DNA of 64,000 nt from Candidatus Moraniibacteriota bacterium (GCA_028688415.1 JAQTYF010000001.1:272627-336626), one strand, 5' to 3'; counted from the stretch's first letter, positions 28,302-39,045 are shown. Notes: a model not told the origin generated them from the letters alone. Made by a program: numbers and translations.

Positions 28302-29588
28302 TTATCGGCCGATACCTTTATAAATAATCCCTGCTTTCTGAAATGCATTTCGATCGAGACAATTCTTTCCATCGATGATCACTTTTATCCCGTGTTTCTT
28401 GAGAAGTGTAGGGGTGATGGTTTCGATGAATACCTGATGATTGGTCGCTACGATGATTGCCTGAGACTTCTTGAGAATGGCTTCGAGTGATTTCATGCTC
28501 GAATCTGATTTCACATACGGATCAAATGTTTCTACTTTAGAATAATGCTTCTTCAGATGTTTGATGATCTCAAATGAAGGGGATTCACGGATATCTTCAA
28601 CATTCGCTTTGTAAGAAAGACCGAGTACTCCGACAACCGTACCTTTCATCGGCATTTTGTTTTCATTCAAAGCATCTTGGAGACGTTCGACGGTATATTC
28701 CGGCATTTCGTTGTTTGTTTTGATAGCGAGCTTCAAAAATTCATGATCAAATCCTGATGCTTTGGCACGTTCGACGAGATAATGAGGATCAACAGGAATA
28801 CAGTGTCCACCGATACCGCATGAGGGGTAATGTGCCATAAAAGCGAATGGTTTTGTAGCAGCGCCATTGATGACATCCTTTACATCGATATCGAGCTTGT
28901 CGAATGAACGAGCAATCTCATTGACAAAAGCGATGTTCACGTTACGGAAGGAATTTTCGAGGATTTTTACTGCCTCTGCCTCACGGATGGTTTTCATCGG
29001 TCGGATATCAGCATCGACGATACTGCGATAGAATTGAAGAGACATTTCGAGACCCTTCTTTTCGAATGAACCAACGACACGAGGGATATTGGTTACATTC
29101 CACTTCGGGTCTCCTGGATTGATGCGCTCTGGACAGTGTGAAATAAAAATATCTTTTCCAATGACGAAACCATGTTGCTCGAAAATTGGTCGCACGACTT
29201 CTTCGGATACGTATGGATTGACGGTGGATTCGAGAACGACGAGCGCTCCCTTTTTGGCCTGCGTAGCGACAATCTCACATGCACCGATCACCGGACCGAG
29301 ATCAGGATGATGAGCGCTGTCAACCGGTGTCGGCACACAGATGATATGTATATCTGCTGGAGCAATATCAGATGGATCAGATGTTGCTCGAAAGGGGTAC
29401 TTGGGAATATTTGCTTCGAGATATGCATCCTTCCAAATATGTTTACCAGACTGAAGAGTTTTTATCTTTTCTTTATTCAAATCAAAACCAATGACAGTAT
29501 ATCCTCTTTCTTGGGAACGTACCGCAAGAGGGAGTCCGACGTAACCAAGACCAATCACCGCAACAGTCTTCAAATCATAATTTGCCAT
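28302..29588 (-). CDS. Nucleotide-sugar dehydrogenase (UDP-GlcNAc/ManNAc type, WbpA/WecC-like)
   Basis: GLGYVGLP, CVPTP, LESTV, PERINPG, GGHCIPVDP, DIRESP; start set at MANYD. Confidence 0.92.
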   Translation of the reverse strand: MANYDLKTVAVIGLGYVGLPLAVRSQERGYTVIGFDLNKEKIKTLQSGKHIWKDAYLEANIPKYPFRATSDPSDIAPADIHIICVPTPVDSAHHPDLGPVIGACEIVATQAKKGALVVLESTVNPYVSEEVVRPIFEQHGFVIGKDIFISHCPERINPGDPKWNVTNIPRVVGSFEKKGLEMSLQFYRSIVDADIRPMKTIREAEAVKILENSFRNVNIAFVNEIARSFDKLDIDVKDVINGAATKPFAFMAHYPSCGIGGHCIPVDPHYLVERAKASGFDHEFLKLAIKTNNEMPEYTVERLQDALNENKMPMKGTVVGVLGLSYKANVEDIRESPSFEIIKHLKKHYSKVETFDPYVKSDSSMKSLEAILKKSQAIIVATNHQVFIETITPTLLKKHGIKVIIDGKNCLDRNAFQKAGIIYKGIGR

Positions 29589-29696
29589 AAAATATTCACA
29601 AGAGATAAATTTGATTACCACTTCATTATACGAGGAAAACTTTCTTTGAGCAAATATTTCTCTTTACACGAGAGTATGTCCTTTCATTTGCGATAA

Positions 29697-29725
29697 TTGA
29701 CTTTATATGAAAAATATGCTATAAT
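29697..29725 (+). promoter_or_regulatory. Sigma70-type promoter
   Basis: TTGACT-17 bp-TATAAT with extended TG. Confidence 0.75.
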
Positions 29726-29807
29726 AAAATGTTTACTTTTTGACAGTGTGTCGAATCGTAAGCAAAGAGCATTGTACATTTTCAATTTACAGGAAGAGAG
29801 GTGTCTC

Positions 29808-30515
29808 GTGACTATTTTTCATTTAGCCTTCTTTTTGGTGGTGTTCTTGTGGTGGTCGGGACTCTTTCAGCTGTTGATCTATTTGATACAGATGAAACGG
29901 GTGCCACGACCAGTGGTACCTCGACCGTTTTACAGCCCCAAGAAGATACTCATCTTGGGGGAATCTATAGCACTAGGGTATGGTGTGAAGCATTTCCGTA
30001 AGGGTTTTGCTGGATTGATTGAAGGAGCCTTTCCTGAATTTTCAGTAGAGGTGATCGCTCGTCCCTTCAAGGGGACAGGAGCACTTCTGTCTGTAGTTCC
30101 TCTCGAAAGGAAGTACGATATGGTCATTCTCACGACAAGTGGAAACGACCTTATGGTTTCTGATGCAGCGAAGGTTATGAACGATTTGAACAAGGTGCTT
30201 GACAAATGCGCTCATATCACTCGGAATGTCGTCATTCTCGGGAACTTCAACAATTTATACCGCGCCAAGTATTTCTCCGGTACCAAGTTTTACAAGTGCA
30301 TCCCGTATTTGCTACAAAGGTTTTTTGAGAAGCAAGGAAAGATGGTGAAAGAAGCATACGAGACTACCGTTCTGCATCGACGGAACTTACGTGTCAAATT
30401 GGTTGAGGTTAGTATTCTGATACAAGACACTGCCGAAGACGGTGTTCATCCGAACGCACGTGGGCACACTGCCTTTTCCGAACCGATCATTCGGGCAGTT
30501 CGATCGATGCTGTAA
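29808..30515 (+). CDS. SGNH/GDSL-family hydrolase, membrane anchored
   Basis: GESIA (block I), GND (block III), DGVHPN (block V); GTG start chosen downstream of the promoter. Confidence 0.8.
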   Translation: MTIFHLAFFLVVFLWWSGLFQLLIYLIQMKRVPRPVVPRPFYSPKKILILGESIALGYGVKHFRKGFAGLIEGAFPEFSVEVIARPFKGTGALLSVVPLERKYDMVILTTSGNDLMVSDAAKVMNDLNKVLDKCAHITRNVVILGNFNNLYRAKYFSGTKFYKCIPYLLQRFFEKQGKMVKEAYETTVLHRRNLRVKLVEVSILIQDTAEDGVHPNARGHTAFSEPIIRAVRSML

Positions 30516-30533
30516 GAAAAGTCGCAATTGATT

Positions 30534-30569
30534 GATGGGTAAGACAAAAGTCGAACCCATCTTTTTTTT
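30534..30569 (+). terminator. Intrinsic terminator
   Basis: gatgggt...acccatc followed by a T run. Confidence 0.7.
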
Positions 30570-30678
30570 ATGAAAATGTGCCATTCTATCCGGCTGATGC
30601 CGAGAATTATCTGATATATGATTTTTTTCTGAAAAAGGCTATACTTGTGGTATATAATTTTACGCTTTTACATTCCGT

Positions 30679-31272
30679 ATGTTTCTGACAAAAAAAATTG
30701 AACGTGCGATTGTACTTTCTACAGTGCTTCATAGCAATCAGAAGCGGAAAATAAGCGGAGTACCCTATATTATTCATCCGTATTCTGTTGCATTTCTTTT
30801 GGCTCATTATATCGATGATGAGGATGTTATTATTGCGGGACTGCTTCATGATACACTTGAAGACGTACCGACGTTTACCGAAAAGATGCTGGAGGAAGAA
30901 TTTGGGAGTCGTGTCTGTGCCATCGTCAAAGAAGTGACAGAGAACTACACCCAGGAAGAAAAAGAAAATCCAAAAATGCGTCCGGCATCGTGGCAGTATC
31001 GAAAAGAAGGATATTTGAAAGGTCTCAAAGATGATAGTACCGAAGCCCTTCTTATCGCTTCGGCTGACAAAATTCATAATATGCGTTCGTTTCTTGATGA
31101 ATATCCTCTCCACTTCGAAACTATTTGGGAGAGTTTTCATACAGATAAAGAGAAAATACTCTGGTTCTATAGTGAAGCAACACGTATTATCAAAGAAAGA
31201 CTCGATCACCCACTCGCTCTAGAGCTCCAAAAAGTATTTGAAGAATTTGAAACAACATTAAGAAAATCATAG
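30679..31272 (+). CDS. HD-domain protein, RelA/SpoT hydrolase-like (small alarmone hydrolase/Mesh1-like)
   Basis: H..QKRK, PYIIHP, LLHDTLED, ADKIHN. Confidence 0.88.
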   Translation: MFLTKKIERAIVLSTVLHSNQKRKISGVPYIIHPYSVAFLLAHYIDDEDVIIAGLLHDTLEDVPTFTEKMLEEEFGSRVCAIVKEVTENYTQEEKENPKMRPASWQYRKEGYLKGLKDDSTEALLIASADKIHNMRSFLDEYPLHFETIWESFHTDKEKILWFYSEATRIIKERLDHPLALELQKVFEEFETTLRKS

Positions 31273-31283
31273 CTTCATAAAGT

Positions 31284-32474
31284 ATGCGTATCGGCATCAA
31301 TACTTCTTTTTTACGAAAACCAGGTACTGGTATCGGCCAGGTGACCACCAACTTTCTAAAAAAATTGGTGGAGTTAACAACGAACAATACACAGTTAACG
31401 GGATGCGAGTTCATACTTTATTGTGAGGAATCACCTCAGTTGGATTTTGTTTTGCCGGAAAATTTCCAGATTCGTGTTTTTTTGCCGTTCTGGAAACGTG
31501 ATGATCTTTTCCGAAGAATGCTTTGGGAGAAACAGCTTGCACGAGAAGTAAGGCGTGATGCTTGTGATGTCTTGCTCAGCCTCTCTCAGAGTGCGACGGT
31601 GCTTTCCTGTAAAACATCTCTTCCTCTCTCGTCTCCTGTGCAACACATAATGATCGTACACGATATCATACCTGAGATTTTTCCTGAGTATAGAAGCAAT
31701 ATTCGTCAGAAAATTTATTGGCAACAAGTGAGACGGGGAATACGGCATGCGGATCATATTGTTGCTGTTTCCCAACATACAAAAAAAGATTTGATTCGGG
31801 AGTATATTCTTCCAGAAAAACAGATTTCGGTCATTTATCCGTCGGTCAATCCAAGATTTGCGCAATCAATCTCTCTCGAACAAAAACAATCTACACTCAG
31901 AAAATACCATCTCGAAGCAGGGTATATCTATCATGGTGGAGGACTCGAAATACGCAAAAATACCGAATCAGTACTTCGTGCCTATGCAGAATTGATCCAA
32001 GATAACACGTTGACATCTCAGATGACGGTACCGCCTCTCGTTATTTCTGGAAAGATATTTGATACAACAAACAAGCTCGCTACCGATGTACGAGGATTGA
32101 TACGATCACTGCGAATTGAGGAACGCGTTATTCTTCTCGGATTTGTACCAGATGAAGATTTACCCGCTCTTTATTCTGGAGCACTCTTCTTTGTTTATCC
32201 ATCCTTCTACGAAGGATTTGGACTGCCTGTTCTCGAAGCGATGTCTCTTGGTATACCCGTACTGACTTCTGATACGTCATCATTACCCGAAGTCGGTGGC
32301 ACAGCAGTGCTCTATGCCCATCCAGATGATAGCGGAAATATACAACAACAAATGAAACAGCTTCTCATAGACGAAAACCTTCGTCAGACACTCAGTACAC
32401 AAAGTGCGATTCAGAGAGTACAATTCAGTTGGGTTCAGTTTACAGAATCAGTTCTTGCTTTGTTAAAAAAATAA
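31284..32474 (+). CDS. GT4 glycosyltransferase
   Basis: TGIG, VHD, RKN, PSFYEGFGLPVLEA. Confidence 0.92.
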   Translation: MRIGINTSFLRKPGTGIGQVTTNFLKKLVELTTNNTQLTGCEFILYCEESPQLDFVLPENFQIRVFLPFWKRDDLFRRMLWEKQLAREVRRDACDVLLSLSQSATVLSCKTSLPLSSPVQHIMIVHDIIPEIFPEYRSNIRQKIYWQQVRRGIRHADHIVAVSQHTKKDLIREYILPEKQISVIYPSVNPRFAQSISLEQKQSTLRKYHLEAGYIYHGGGLEIRKNTESVLRAYAELIQDNTLTSQMTVPPLVISGKIFDTTNKLATDVRGLIRSLRIEERVILLGFVPDEDLPALYSGALFFVYPSFYEGFGLPVLEAMSLGIPVLTSDTSSLPEVGGTAVLYAHPDDSGNIQQQMKQLLIDENLRQTLSTQSAIQRVQFSWVQFTESVLALLKK

Positions 32475-32477
32475 TCT

Positions 32478-34076
32478 ATGTTTTTTCAATTCTTCACTTC
32501 TCTCGGTTGGAGCAGCAACAAATGGTCACTTCTTTTCCTCAATACTTTCGCTGGGGCACTTTTGATTGTGCTCTCTCATAGCACAGCCTTTCCTCTTTCG
32601 GATGTCAATTTTTTCTTTTTTTCTTTTATCGGATTACTCTTTGCTCTCTATCGTCCTGCATGGGTATTCCTCTTGTTGGTAGGCATGTTGCCATACGAAA
32701 TTATCGATCTCATGCCCCTTGGATATGGCAACTTTTCTCTTCGTCCCTATCAGTGGCTCGTTGTTCTCCTCTCGTTCTCTCTTGTTATTCGATATTTCTT
32801 GAAACGTTTCCCTGTAGAGAAATTCACACCTCGTATCTGGGATTTCAGTATTCTCGTCGTTGGTATGAGCGCGTTTTTATCAGCAAGCATGAGTACACAG
32901 CCCGCTACGGCATTCAAACTGTCTCTCATCTTGCTTTCATTTATTCTTTTTTATTTCATCACACGACTTTTCATCCGATCGCTCGATGATGGAACGACTC
33001 TCCTTCCATTCATTCTTTCTTCTTTCCTTGTCGTGAGTATCTATGCTCTCGTCCAAAACATTTTTTTCTTAAATGGTATTGAAAGTAATGAGGTGATGCC
33101 CGGTCGACCCAATGCTACGTTCTCTGAAGCAGATTGGCTCGGAGGATATCTCTCGACCCTTCTTGTACTTCTCTCCGCCCTCATTCTCTTTTTTGAAAAT
33201 CGTTTATCAGATACTTCATTCCGAATTCTCAGATATATTTTTTCTTTTTTGCTTTTCATTGGTGCGATCGCACTTCTTCTCTCGGTCAGTCGTAGCGCAT
33301 GGCTCGCCACTTTTGCTGGTATTAGTACTCTCGTGATCCTTTTTCTCAAACAAAACCAATTCTTTCAAGCAGTGAAGACGTATAATCGAGATATCCTCTT
33401 ACGTTTGGCAAGAACAGGACTTTTGATTGTCCTTCCTTTTATCGTGGCACTCCTTATCATCTCTCTCCTCCGATTGAGTCCATTCGATCTCCTCGATCGT
33501 AGTAGAAGCACTGCTACTGGTGAACAGAAAATCACTGTAGCTTGTCCATCTGAGACGATACTCCCTGCAAAAATTGCCTCTACCGAAGAATTGATATCGT
33601 ATGGTTGCGCGCATATTCGTCTCGAAGAAATCGAGTCAAAGAAGAATGCAGGGAAATACGTGACAGAAATTTTCCGCAATGATCCCAACGTCCATATCCG
33701 CGCCAGTATTTATGTTCGAGTTTTTCAAATACTCAAAGAACATCCTTACTTCGGTATCGGACTTGGAAACATCTCTTCTTTCCTTGGAACAGATGAGAGG
33801 GGTACAGGACTCAATGCGAGCAATATATTTCTCGAAATATGGCTTGGTACTGGAATAGTCGGATTCGTTGCTTTTTTGTTCTTCTGGTGTGGTTTGTTAT
33901 GGCAAGGAATCCTGAGTCATTTTAGGAAAATATCGTCACTTCTTTTCTTCCTTCTGCCTCTCTGGGTTACACTAACCGTTTTTAATTTTTTCAATTCTGG
34001 ACTCATGCTTGGTTTCTTTTTCTTTTTCCTCGCTCTCTTGCCAGTTCTTGATTCACGAACAGATAAAAATATATGA
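32478..34076 (+). CDS. O-antigen ligase / Wzy_C family protein
   Basis: RPNATFSE, SRSAW, HPYFGIGLG, NIFLEIW..TG. Confidence 0.82.
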   Translation: MFFQFFTSLGWSSNKWSLLFLNTFAGALLIVLSHSTAFPLSDVNFFFFSFIGLLFALYRPAWVFLLLVGMLPYEIIDLMPLGYGNFSLRPYQWLVVLLSFSLVIRYFLKRFPVEKFTPRIWDFSILVVGMSAFLSASMSTQPATAFKLSLILLSFILFYFITRLFIRSLDDGTTLLPFILSSFLVVSIYALVQNIFFLNGIESNEVMPGRPNATFSEADWLGGYLSTLLVLLSALILFFENRLSDTSFRILRYIFSFLLFIGAIALLLSVSRSAWLATFAGISTLVILFLKQNQFFQAVKTYNRDILLRLARTGLLIVLPFIVALLIISLLRLSPFDLLDRSRSTATGEQKITVACPSETILPAKIASTEELISYGCAHIRLEEIESKKNAGKYVTEIFRNDPNVHIRASIYVRVFQILKEHPYFGIGLGNISSFLGTDERGTGLNASNIFLEIWLGTGIVGFVAFLFFWCGLLWQGILSHFRKISSLLFFLLPLWVTLTVFNFFNSGLMLGFFFFFLALLPVLDSRTDKNI

Positions 34077-35230
34077 TCATTGCCATCGATATCCGTCTTT
34101 TAGGAAAAAAACGCACTGGTGATGAAGCGGTCTTTTTTCATCTAACAAAAGAGTTGCTCAAGAAAGATGCTTTTGATGTGACCTCCTATCGACTCCTCAC
34201 TGACGAAACAGACACCACAAAAATAGCGACTCTTTATGCTCGTCTCGAATGCATCGGACAAAAAAATGTCACTATCCTTTCATTGCCAACACCAAACCGT
34301 TTCACTTGGAATGCTTTCACACTTCCGAAATATCTCTTCCATAACAAGGTGGATGTTTTTCATACACAATATATCCTCCCGTATTTTGTTCCAAAAAGGA
34401 CAAAAATCGTCACACACATCCATGATGTTTCGTTCTGTGTCTATCCAAAACTGATTGGATTCGTTGATCGATTTTTTCTTTCAATTCTCATTCCGCGATC
34501 ACTTCGAAAGGCGACACATATCATCACGCCTTCACAGTTTACGAAAGACGAAGTCATAAAGTATTACGGCATAGAACCAGAAAAAATAACAATCATTCCG
34601 AATGGAATAGGAGCTGAATTTTTGGAAAAATCGTCTGATTCACTGCAAGAAAGAAATGAGACGTTACGAGAGAAATATCATCTTCCATCGACATTCATTC
34701 TTTCTGTCGGTACTTTGCAACCACGAAAAAATATACCCTTTCTTCTCGATGCTTTCACACACCTCAAGAAACGTCTTCCAGAAATCAAGCTGGTGATTGT
34801 GGGTAATAGAAATGCCCATCACACGGATATGCACATTGCAGAAAAAATTATTGAACATACACTAGAAGAAGACGTCATCTTCCCTGGTTTTATTGAAACA
34901 GAAGATCTTCCAGGAGTAGTACGACTCGCAACTGTTTTTGTATTTCCATCACTGTACGAAGGTTTTGGTATCCCGCTCCTCGAAGCAATGAGTCAATCAG
35001 TCCCCGTAGCATCTTCTGATATCCCGAGCCTTCGTGAAGTAGGGGGTGATGCTGCGCGCTATTTTGATCCGAAAGATGTTGCCTCATGTGAAGAAATATT
35101 GTATACTCTTTGTACTGATAACGTAGAACGACTACGGCTCAAACAAGCTGGAAACGAGAGAATAAAGCGTTTTTCTTGGGAAGAAAGCGCCTTATTGCTT
35201 ATTCGTCTCTATCAAAAAATAGGTGTTTAG
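34073..35230 (+). CDS. GT4 glycosyltransferase
   Basis: IHD, GTLQPRKN, PSLYEGFGIPLLEA. Confidence 0.92.
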   Translation: MIIAIDIRLLGKKRTGDEAVFFHLTKELLKKDAFDVTSYRLLTDETDTTKIATLYARLECIGQKNVTILSLPTPNRFTWNAFTLPKYLFHNKVDVFHTQYILPYFVPKRTKIVTHIHDVSFCVYPKLIGFVDRFFLSILIPRSLRKATHIITPSQFTKDEVIKYYGIEPEKITIIPNGIGAEFLEKSSDSLQERNETLREKYHLPSTFILSVGTLQPRKNIPFLLDAFTHLKKRLPEIKLVIVGNRNAHHTDMHIAEKIIEHTLEEDVIFPGFIETEDLPGVVRLATVFVFPSLYEGFGIPLLEAMSQSVPVASSDIPSLREVGGDAARYFDPKDVASCEEILYTLCTDNVERLRLKQAGNERIKRFSWEESALLLIRLYQKIGV

Positions 35231-35272
35231 CGACAAAGAGTGTGTTTTAATATCTCGTAAACTATTGAAATT

Positions 35273-36502
35273 ATGTCATTTTGGAATAAGAACAGAGAAA
35301 ATACGTCAAGAGAAATAAGTATGAATCCAAATAAACACCGCGGATGGCGTATTTTTGGTTTTTTTCTTGTTCTTTTTCTCATTGCAGGAGGAGTCTTTGC
35401 TTGGAAAACAGGATTTGTGCTCAACAAAATTTCTCAAGGAAATGCAAATATTTTTGGAAGTATTGTAAAATCATTTCCCGGTGTCGAGAAAAAATTAGCT
35501 GGTGAGGATGCTGGACGTATCAATATTTTGCTTCTCGGAATGCGTGGTGAGGGCGTGACAGGGGGAGGACTCTTGGCTGATACGATTATGGTACTTTCCA
35601 TCCACCCAAAACAAAACGAGCAAGATACGACACGAGCCTCTCTCGTATCTATCCCACGAGATTTGTATGTCAAAGTTCCAAATCGAGAAGAACAGCAAAA
35701 AATCAACGCTGTCTATGCTCTCGGTGAAGAACGTGCTCTCCATAAGGGAGGCATCGAAGATATGAGTACCATAGTAGGGGAAGTGTCTGGTCTCGATATT
35801 CCTTATGCCATGACGATCAATTTTCAAGGATTCAAAGATCTCGTCAATGCTGTCGGAGGTATTACGATCAACCTTGAAAAACCATTTGAAGAAGGATTGC
35901 AATTCCGTGGACTGAAAAAACGTTGTGATGCCGTGAAGTATACGGTGTTCTCAGGAGAATACGAGGAAAAACGCATACAAAGAAAAAATGGCACGTACTA
36001 TGCAAACCCGAAACGTTATCCACTCTGTTTCGAAAAAATAAGTGAGCAAGCCATCGGAGAACTTGAATGTGACGGAAACTTCAAATTGCCAGCAGGACCC
36101 AATCTCCTTGATGGAGAAAAAGCTCTCTGTTATGCCCGTGCACGAGAAACATCGAGCGACTTTGCTCGCGCAGAACGTCAACAAGAAATCATCAATCTGA
36201 TCAAAGAAAAGGCACTCAGTCTCGGAACGCTGACGGATTTCTCAAAAATCAGCGCTATGATAGATAGTCTTGGCAATAATGCCAGTACGAATATGGAAGC
36301 GTGGGAAATGAAGCGTCTGTTTGATTTGTATCAAAAAGCTGGTAATACGGGCAATATTAATCACAAAGTACTCAACACTTCCGATGAAGGGCTCCTCTAT
36401 TTCCCTGACCGGAACAGATACCCAGGAGCAGGATCTATCATCTTGCCTACCGGTGATAATTACGATCGTATTCACGAACTTTTCACCAACTTACTCAACT
36501 AA
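35273..36502 (+). CDS. LytR-CpsA-Psr (LCP) family protein
   Basis: NILLLG, DTIM, SIPRDLYV, KINA, SDFARAERQQ. Confidence 0.92.
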   Translation: MSFWNKNRENTSREISMNPNKHRGWRIFGFFLVLFLIAGGVFAWKTGFVLNKISQGNANIFGSIVKSFPGVEKKLAGEDAGRINILLLGMRGEGVTGGGLLADTIMVLSIHPKQNEQDTTRASLVSIPRDLYVKVPNREEQQKINAVYALGEERALHKGGIEDMSTIVGEVSGLDIPYAMTINFQGFKDLVNAVGGITINLEKPFEEGLQFRGLKKRCDAVKYTVFSGEYEEKRIQRKNGTYYANPKRYPLCFEKISEQAIGELECDGNFKLPAGPNLLDGEKALCYARARETSSDFARAERQQEIINLIKEKALSLGTLTDFSKISAMIDSLGNNASTNMEAWEMKRLFDLYQKAGNTGNINHKVLNTSDEGLLYFPDRNRYPGAGSIILPTGDNYDRIHELFTNLLN

Positions 36503-36517
36503 ATAAACAGTGGGCGT

Positions 36518-37348
36518 ATGATACCTACTCGAGAACTCACCATTGCTATCAATGGCTACAAGACTCCAGAGCTTCTCAAACTTTGTCTCCGATCAATTTT
36601 CGAGAAACTCGCAAATTCTCCTCTCGATTTTGAAGTGATTGTCACTGACAGCGCTACTGAAGAAGATACAGAGATGCTTGTTCGGGAAGAATTTCCCGCA
36701 GTGCGATTCTTTCCTTTCGAAGAAAATGTGGGATTCAAAACACTCATCAATACGTCGCTCAAAGAAGCAAATGGGGCGTATATATTCCTTATCAATAGCG
36801 ATATTGTGCTTTCTGACGATACGGTACCATTGATGCTTCAGTATATGAAGACGCATCCAGACATTGGGCTTCTGGCACCGAAACAACTCAATTTCAACGG
36901 AACATTTCAGCAAAGTTGTTATCGATTCTATCGCCCACAAACCATTCTCTATAGACGAACATGGTTTTCTCGATTTGCTTTTGCCAAGAAGCATCTTCGT
37001 TGGTTTACAATGAGTGATTGCGATTTGACGAAACCACTGAGTGTTGATTGGGTTATCGGCTCTGCAATGCTCGTCTCACGTCAAGCCGTCGAAAAAGTAG
37101 GCGAGATGGATGATCGATTTTTTATGTATATGGAAGACGTCGATTGGTGTCGTCGTTTCTGGGAGCAAGGACAGAAAGTCGTCTATTATCCAGATGCATT
37201 CGTGTATCATTACCATGCCAAAGGAAGCGCTCGCGGAGGATTCTTTTCATCTCTTCTCTTCAACAAGCTTACCTGGTATCATATCAAAAGTGCTCTGTAT
37301 TATTTTTCTAAATACCGTGACAAGAAAATACCGCTCCATCATTCATAA
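36518..37348 (+). CDS. GT2 glycosyltransferase (WbbL-like)
   Basis: NVGF, INSD, VDWVIGSAML, FFMYMEDVDWC. Confidence 0.88.
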   Translation: MIPTRELTIAINGYKTPELLKLCLRSIFEKLANSPLDFEVIVTDSATEEDTEMLVREEFPAVRFFPFEENVGFKTLINTSLKEANGAYIFLINSDIVLSDDTVPLMLQYMKTHPDIGLLAPKQLNFNGTFQQSCYRFYRPQTILYRRTWFSRFAFAKKHLRWFTMSDCDLTKPLSVDWVIGSAMLVSRQAVEKVGEMDDRFFMYMEDVDWCRRFWEQGQKVVYYPDAFVYHYHAKGSARGGFFSSLLFNKLTWYHIKSALYYFSKYRDKKIPLHHS

Positions 37349-37359
37349 AAAATAAACGT

Positions 37360-38622
37360 ATGGAAGAAGTTTCAGAAGATATACGCTATACGAAAGGAAA
37401 ACATCTTTTTCAGAAGGGAATTCGTTTTTTCTTTATTTTGTTTATCGTTGTCATTGTTTTCTCTCTTGGATATGAACGAGGTCACGACACTCCAGACACT
37501 ATCGCACCATTGTCTCCGAATGAAGCACTTATCATCAACAAGAATAGCAAAGAAAAAACAATTGATTTCGCACTTTTCTGGAAGGTATGGGATCTCCTCA
37601 AGGAAAAATATGTAGACAGTGAAAATCTCAATGCACATACGCTTTTCTACGGTGCAATCAAGGGAATGCTCGCCGCAAGCGGTGATCCGTATACCACATT
37701 TTTTGATCCAAAAGAAAATAAAGCTTTTGAAGAGGATATTTCTGGAACATTCGATGGTATAGGTGCTGAAATGGGTATCAAGGATGATGTGCTCAGTATT
37801 ATTGCACCGCTCGAAGGTATGCCAGCAGAGAAAGCTGGTCTGATTGCCGGGGATAAAGTTGTGAAAATCGACGAACAATCAACGGCAACAATGACACTCG
37901 AAGAAGCAGTCGATAAAATCCGCGGACCACGAGGAACAGAGGTCATACTCACTGTATTCCGATCAGGAGAAGAAGAATATCGGACCATCACCGTGAAGCG
38001 TGATATGATTCTTGTGAAAAGTGTCCGTTTTGAAATGAAAGAAGGAACTATTGCTTATATCCGCATCAATCGTTTCGGAGAAGATACAGAAAGAGAGTTT
38101 CGTGATGCTGTAAAACAGACGCTTGCGAACAAGCCAGCTGGACTTATTATCGATGTTCGTAATAATCCTGGTGGATTCCTCGAGACATCTCTCGATATTG
38201 CGAGCACAATGCTTCCTAAAGGAAAAATCATTGTAATGGAAGAGAACGGAAAGAAAGAACGGAAAGAATTATTGGCACATGGTGGCGATGTACTCAGTAC
38301 TTTACCGACAATCGTACTTATCAATGAGGGGAGTGCGAGCGCATCTGAAATTCTCGCTGGAGCGCTCAAGGATAATCGCGACAATGTCACACTTGTCGGA
38401 GAAAAATCATTTGGAAAAGGATCTGTACAAGAACTCATCCCAGTAGGAAAAGATACCGCTGTCAAGATAACTGTCGCTCGTTGGCTGACCCCAAAGGGAC
38501 AGCAAATAAACAACGAAGGTATTGCTCCTGATGTCGAAATCAAACTAAGTCTTGAGGACATGAAAGAGAAACGAGATACTCAACTCGACAAAGCAATAGA
38601 AATACTCAAAAAGAAAGAGTAA
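37360..38622 (+). CDS. ctpA: S41 carboxy-terminal processing protease
   Basis: DPYT, GIG PDZ domain, DVRNNPGG, SASASEI, FGKGSVQ. Confidence 0.93.
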   Translation: MEEVSEDIRYTKGKHLFQKGIRFFFILFIVVIVFSLGYERGHDTPDTIAPLSPNEALIINKNSKEKTIDFALFWKVWDLLKEKYVDSENLNAHTLFYGAIKGMLAASGDPYTTFFDPKENKAFEEDISGTFDGIGAEMGIKDDVLSIIAPLEGMPAEKAGLIAGDKVVKIDEQSTATMTLEEAVDKIRGPRGTEVILTVFRSGEEEYRTITVKRDMILVKSVRFEMKEGTIAYIRINRFGEDTEREFRDAVKQTLANKPAGLIIDVRNNPGGFLETSLDIASTMLPKGKIIVMEENGKKERKELLAHGGDVLSTLPTIVLINEGSASASEILAGALKDNRDNVTLVGEKSFGKGSVQELIPVGKDTAVKITVARWLTPKGQQINNEGIAPDVEIKLSLEDMKEKRDTQLDKAIEILKKKE

Positions 38623-38634
38623 CTATTCTATCAA

Positions 38635-38663
38635 TTGACGAAAAGAATGAAAGTTTCTATACT
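38635..38663 (+). promoter_or_regulatory. Sigma70-type promoter of groES
   Basis: TTGACG-17 bp-TATACT. Confidence 0.7.
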
Positions 38664-38699
38664 GGAAAATACTGATTAATTCATAACAAGAATGAATGT

Positions 38700-38975
38700 A
38701 TGAAAAAAAATACTATCAAACCACTTGGAGAAAACGTACTCATCAAACCACTTAAGGCTGAAACCAAGACCTCAGCCGGTATCTATCTCCCTGAATCAGC
38801 GACCAAGGAGCATTCTCAGCTCGGTACGGTTATTGCTATTGGTGAGAGCGATAAAATCAAAGTAAAAAGCAACGCAAAAGTTGTTTTCAGGCGCTATGGT
38901 GGCGAAGAAGTCAAGATAGAAGGTGAAGAATATCTTATTTCAAACTACAAGGATATTCTTGCTGTCATTGAATAA
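38700..38975 (+). CDS. groES: Co-chaperonin GroES
   Basis: IKPLGENV, TSAGIYLP, GTVIAIG, YGGEEVK, DILAVI. Confidence 0.95.
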   Translation: MKKNTIKPLGENVLIKPLKAETKTSAGIYLPESATKEHSQLGTVIAIGESDKIKVKSNAKVVFRRYGGEEVKIEGEEYLISNYKDILAVIE

Positions 38976-38995
38976 AGTAGAGAACCTCTTCCAAT

Positions 38996-39023
38996 AAAAA
39001 GCCGGACAAGTGTCCGGCTTTTT
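38996..39023. terminator. Bidirectional intrinsic terminator
   Basis: aaaaa-gccggac-aagt-gtccggc-ttttt. Confidence 0.85.
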
Positions 39024-39045
39024 CTTTTTTCTCTTGTTACTTCTC

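Noticed and set aside
30607-31209. 200 aa minus-strand ORF
   Set aside because: Antisense shadow of the HD-domain gene
31375-31400. Weak 7-bp periodic ACA run inside GT4 (LTTNNTQLT)
   Set aside because: Only four degenerate units and no inverted partner; could be chance
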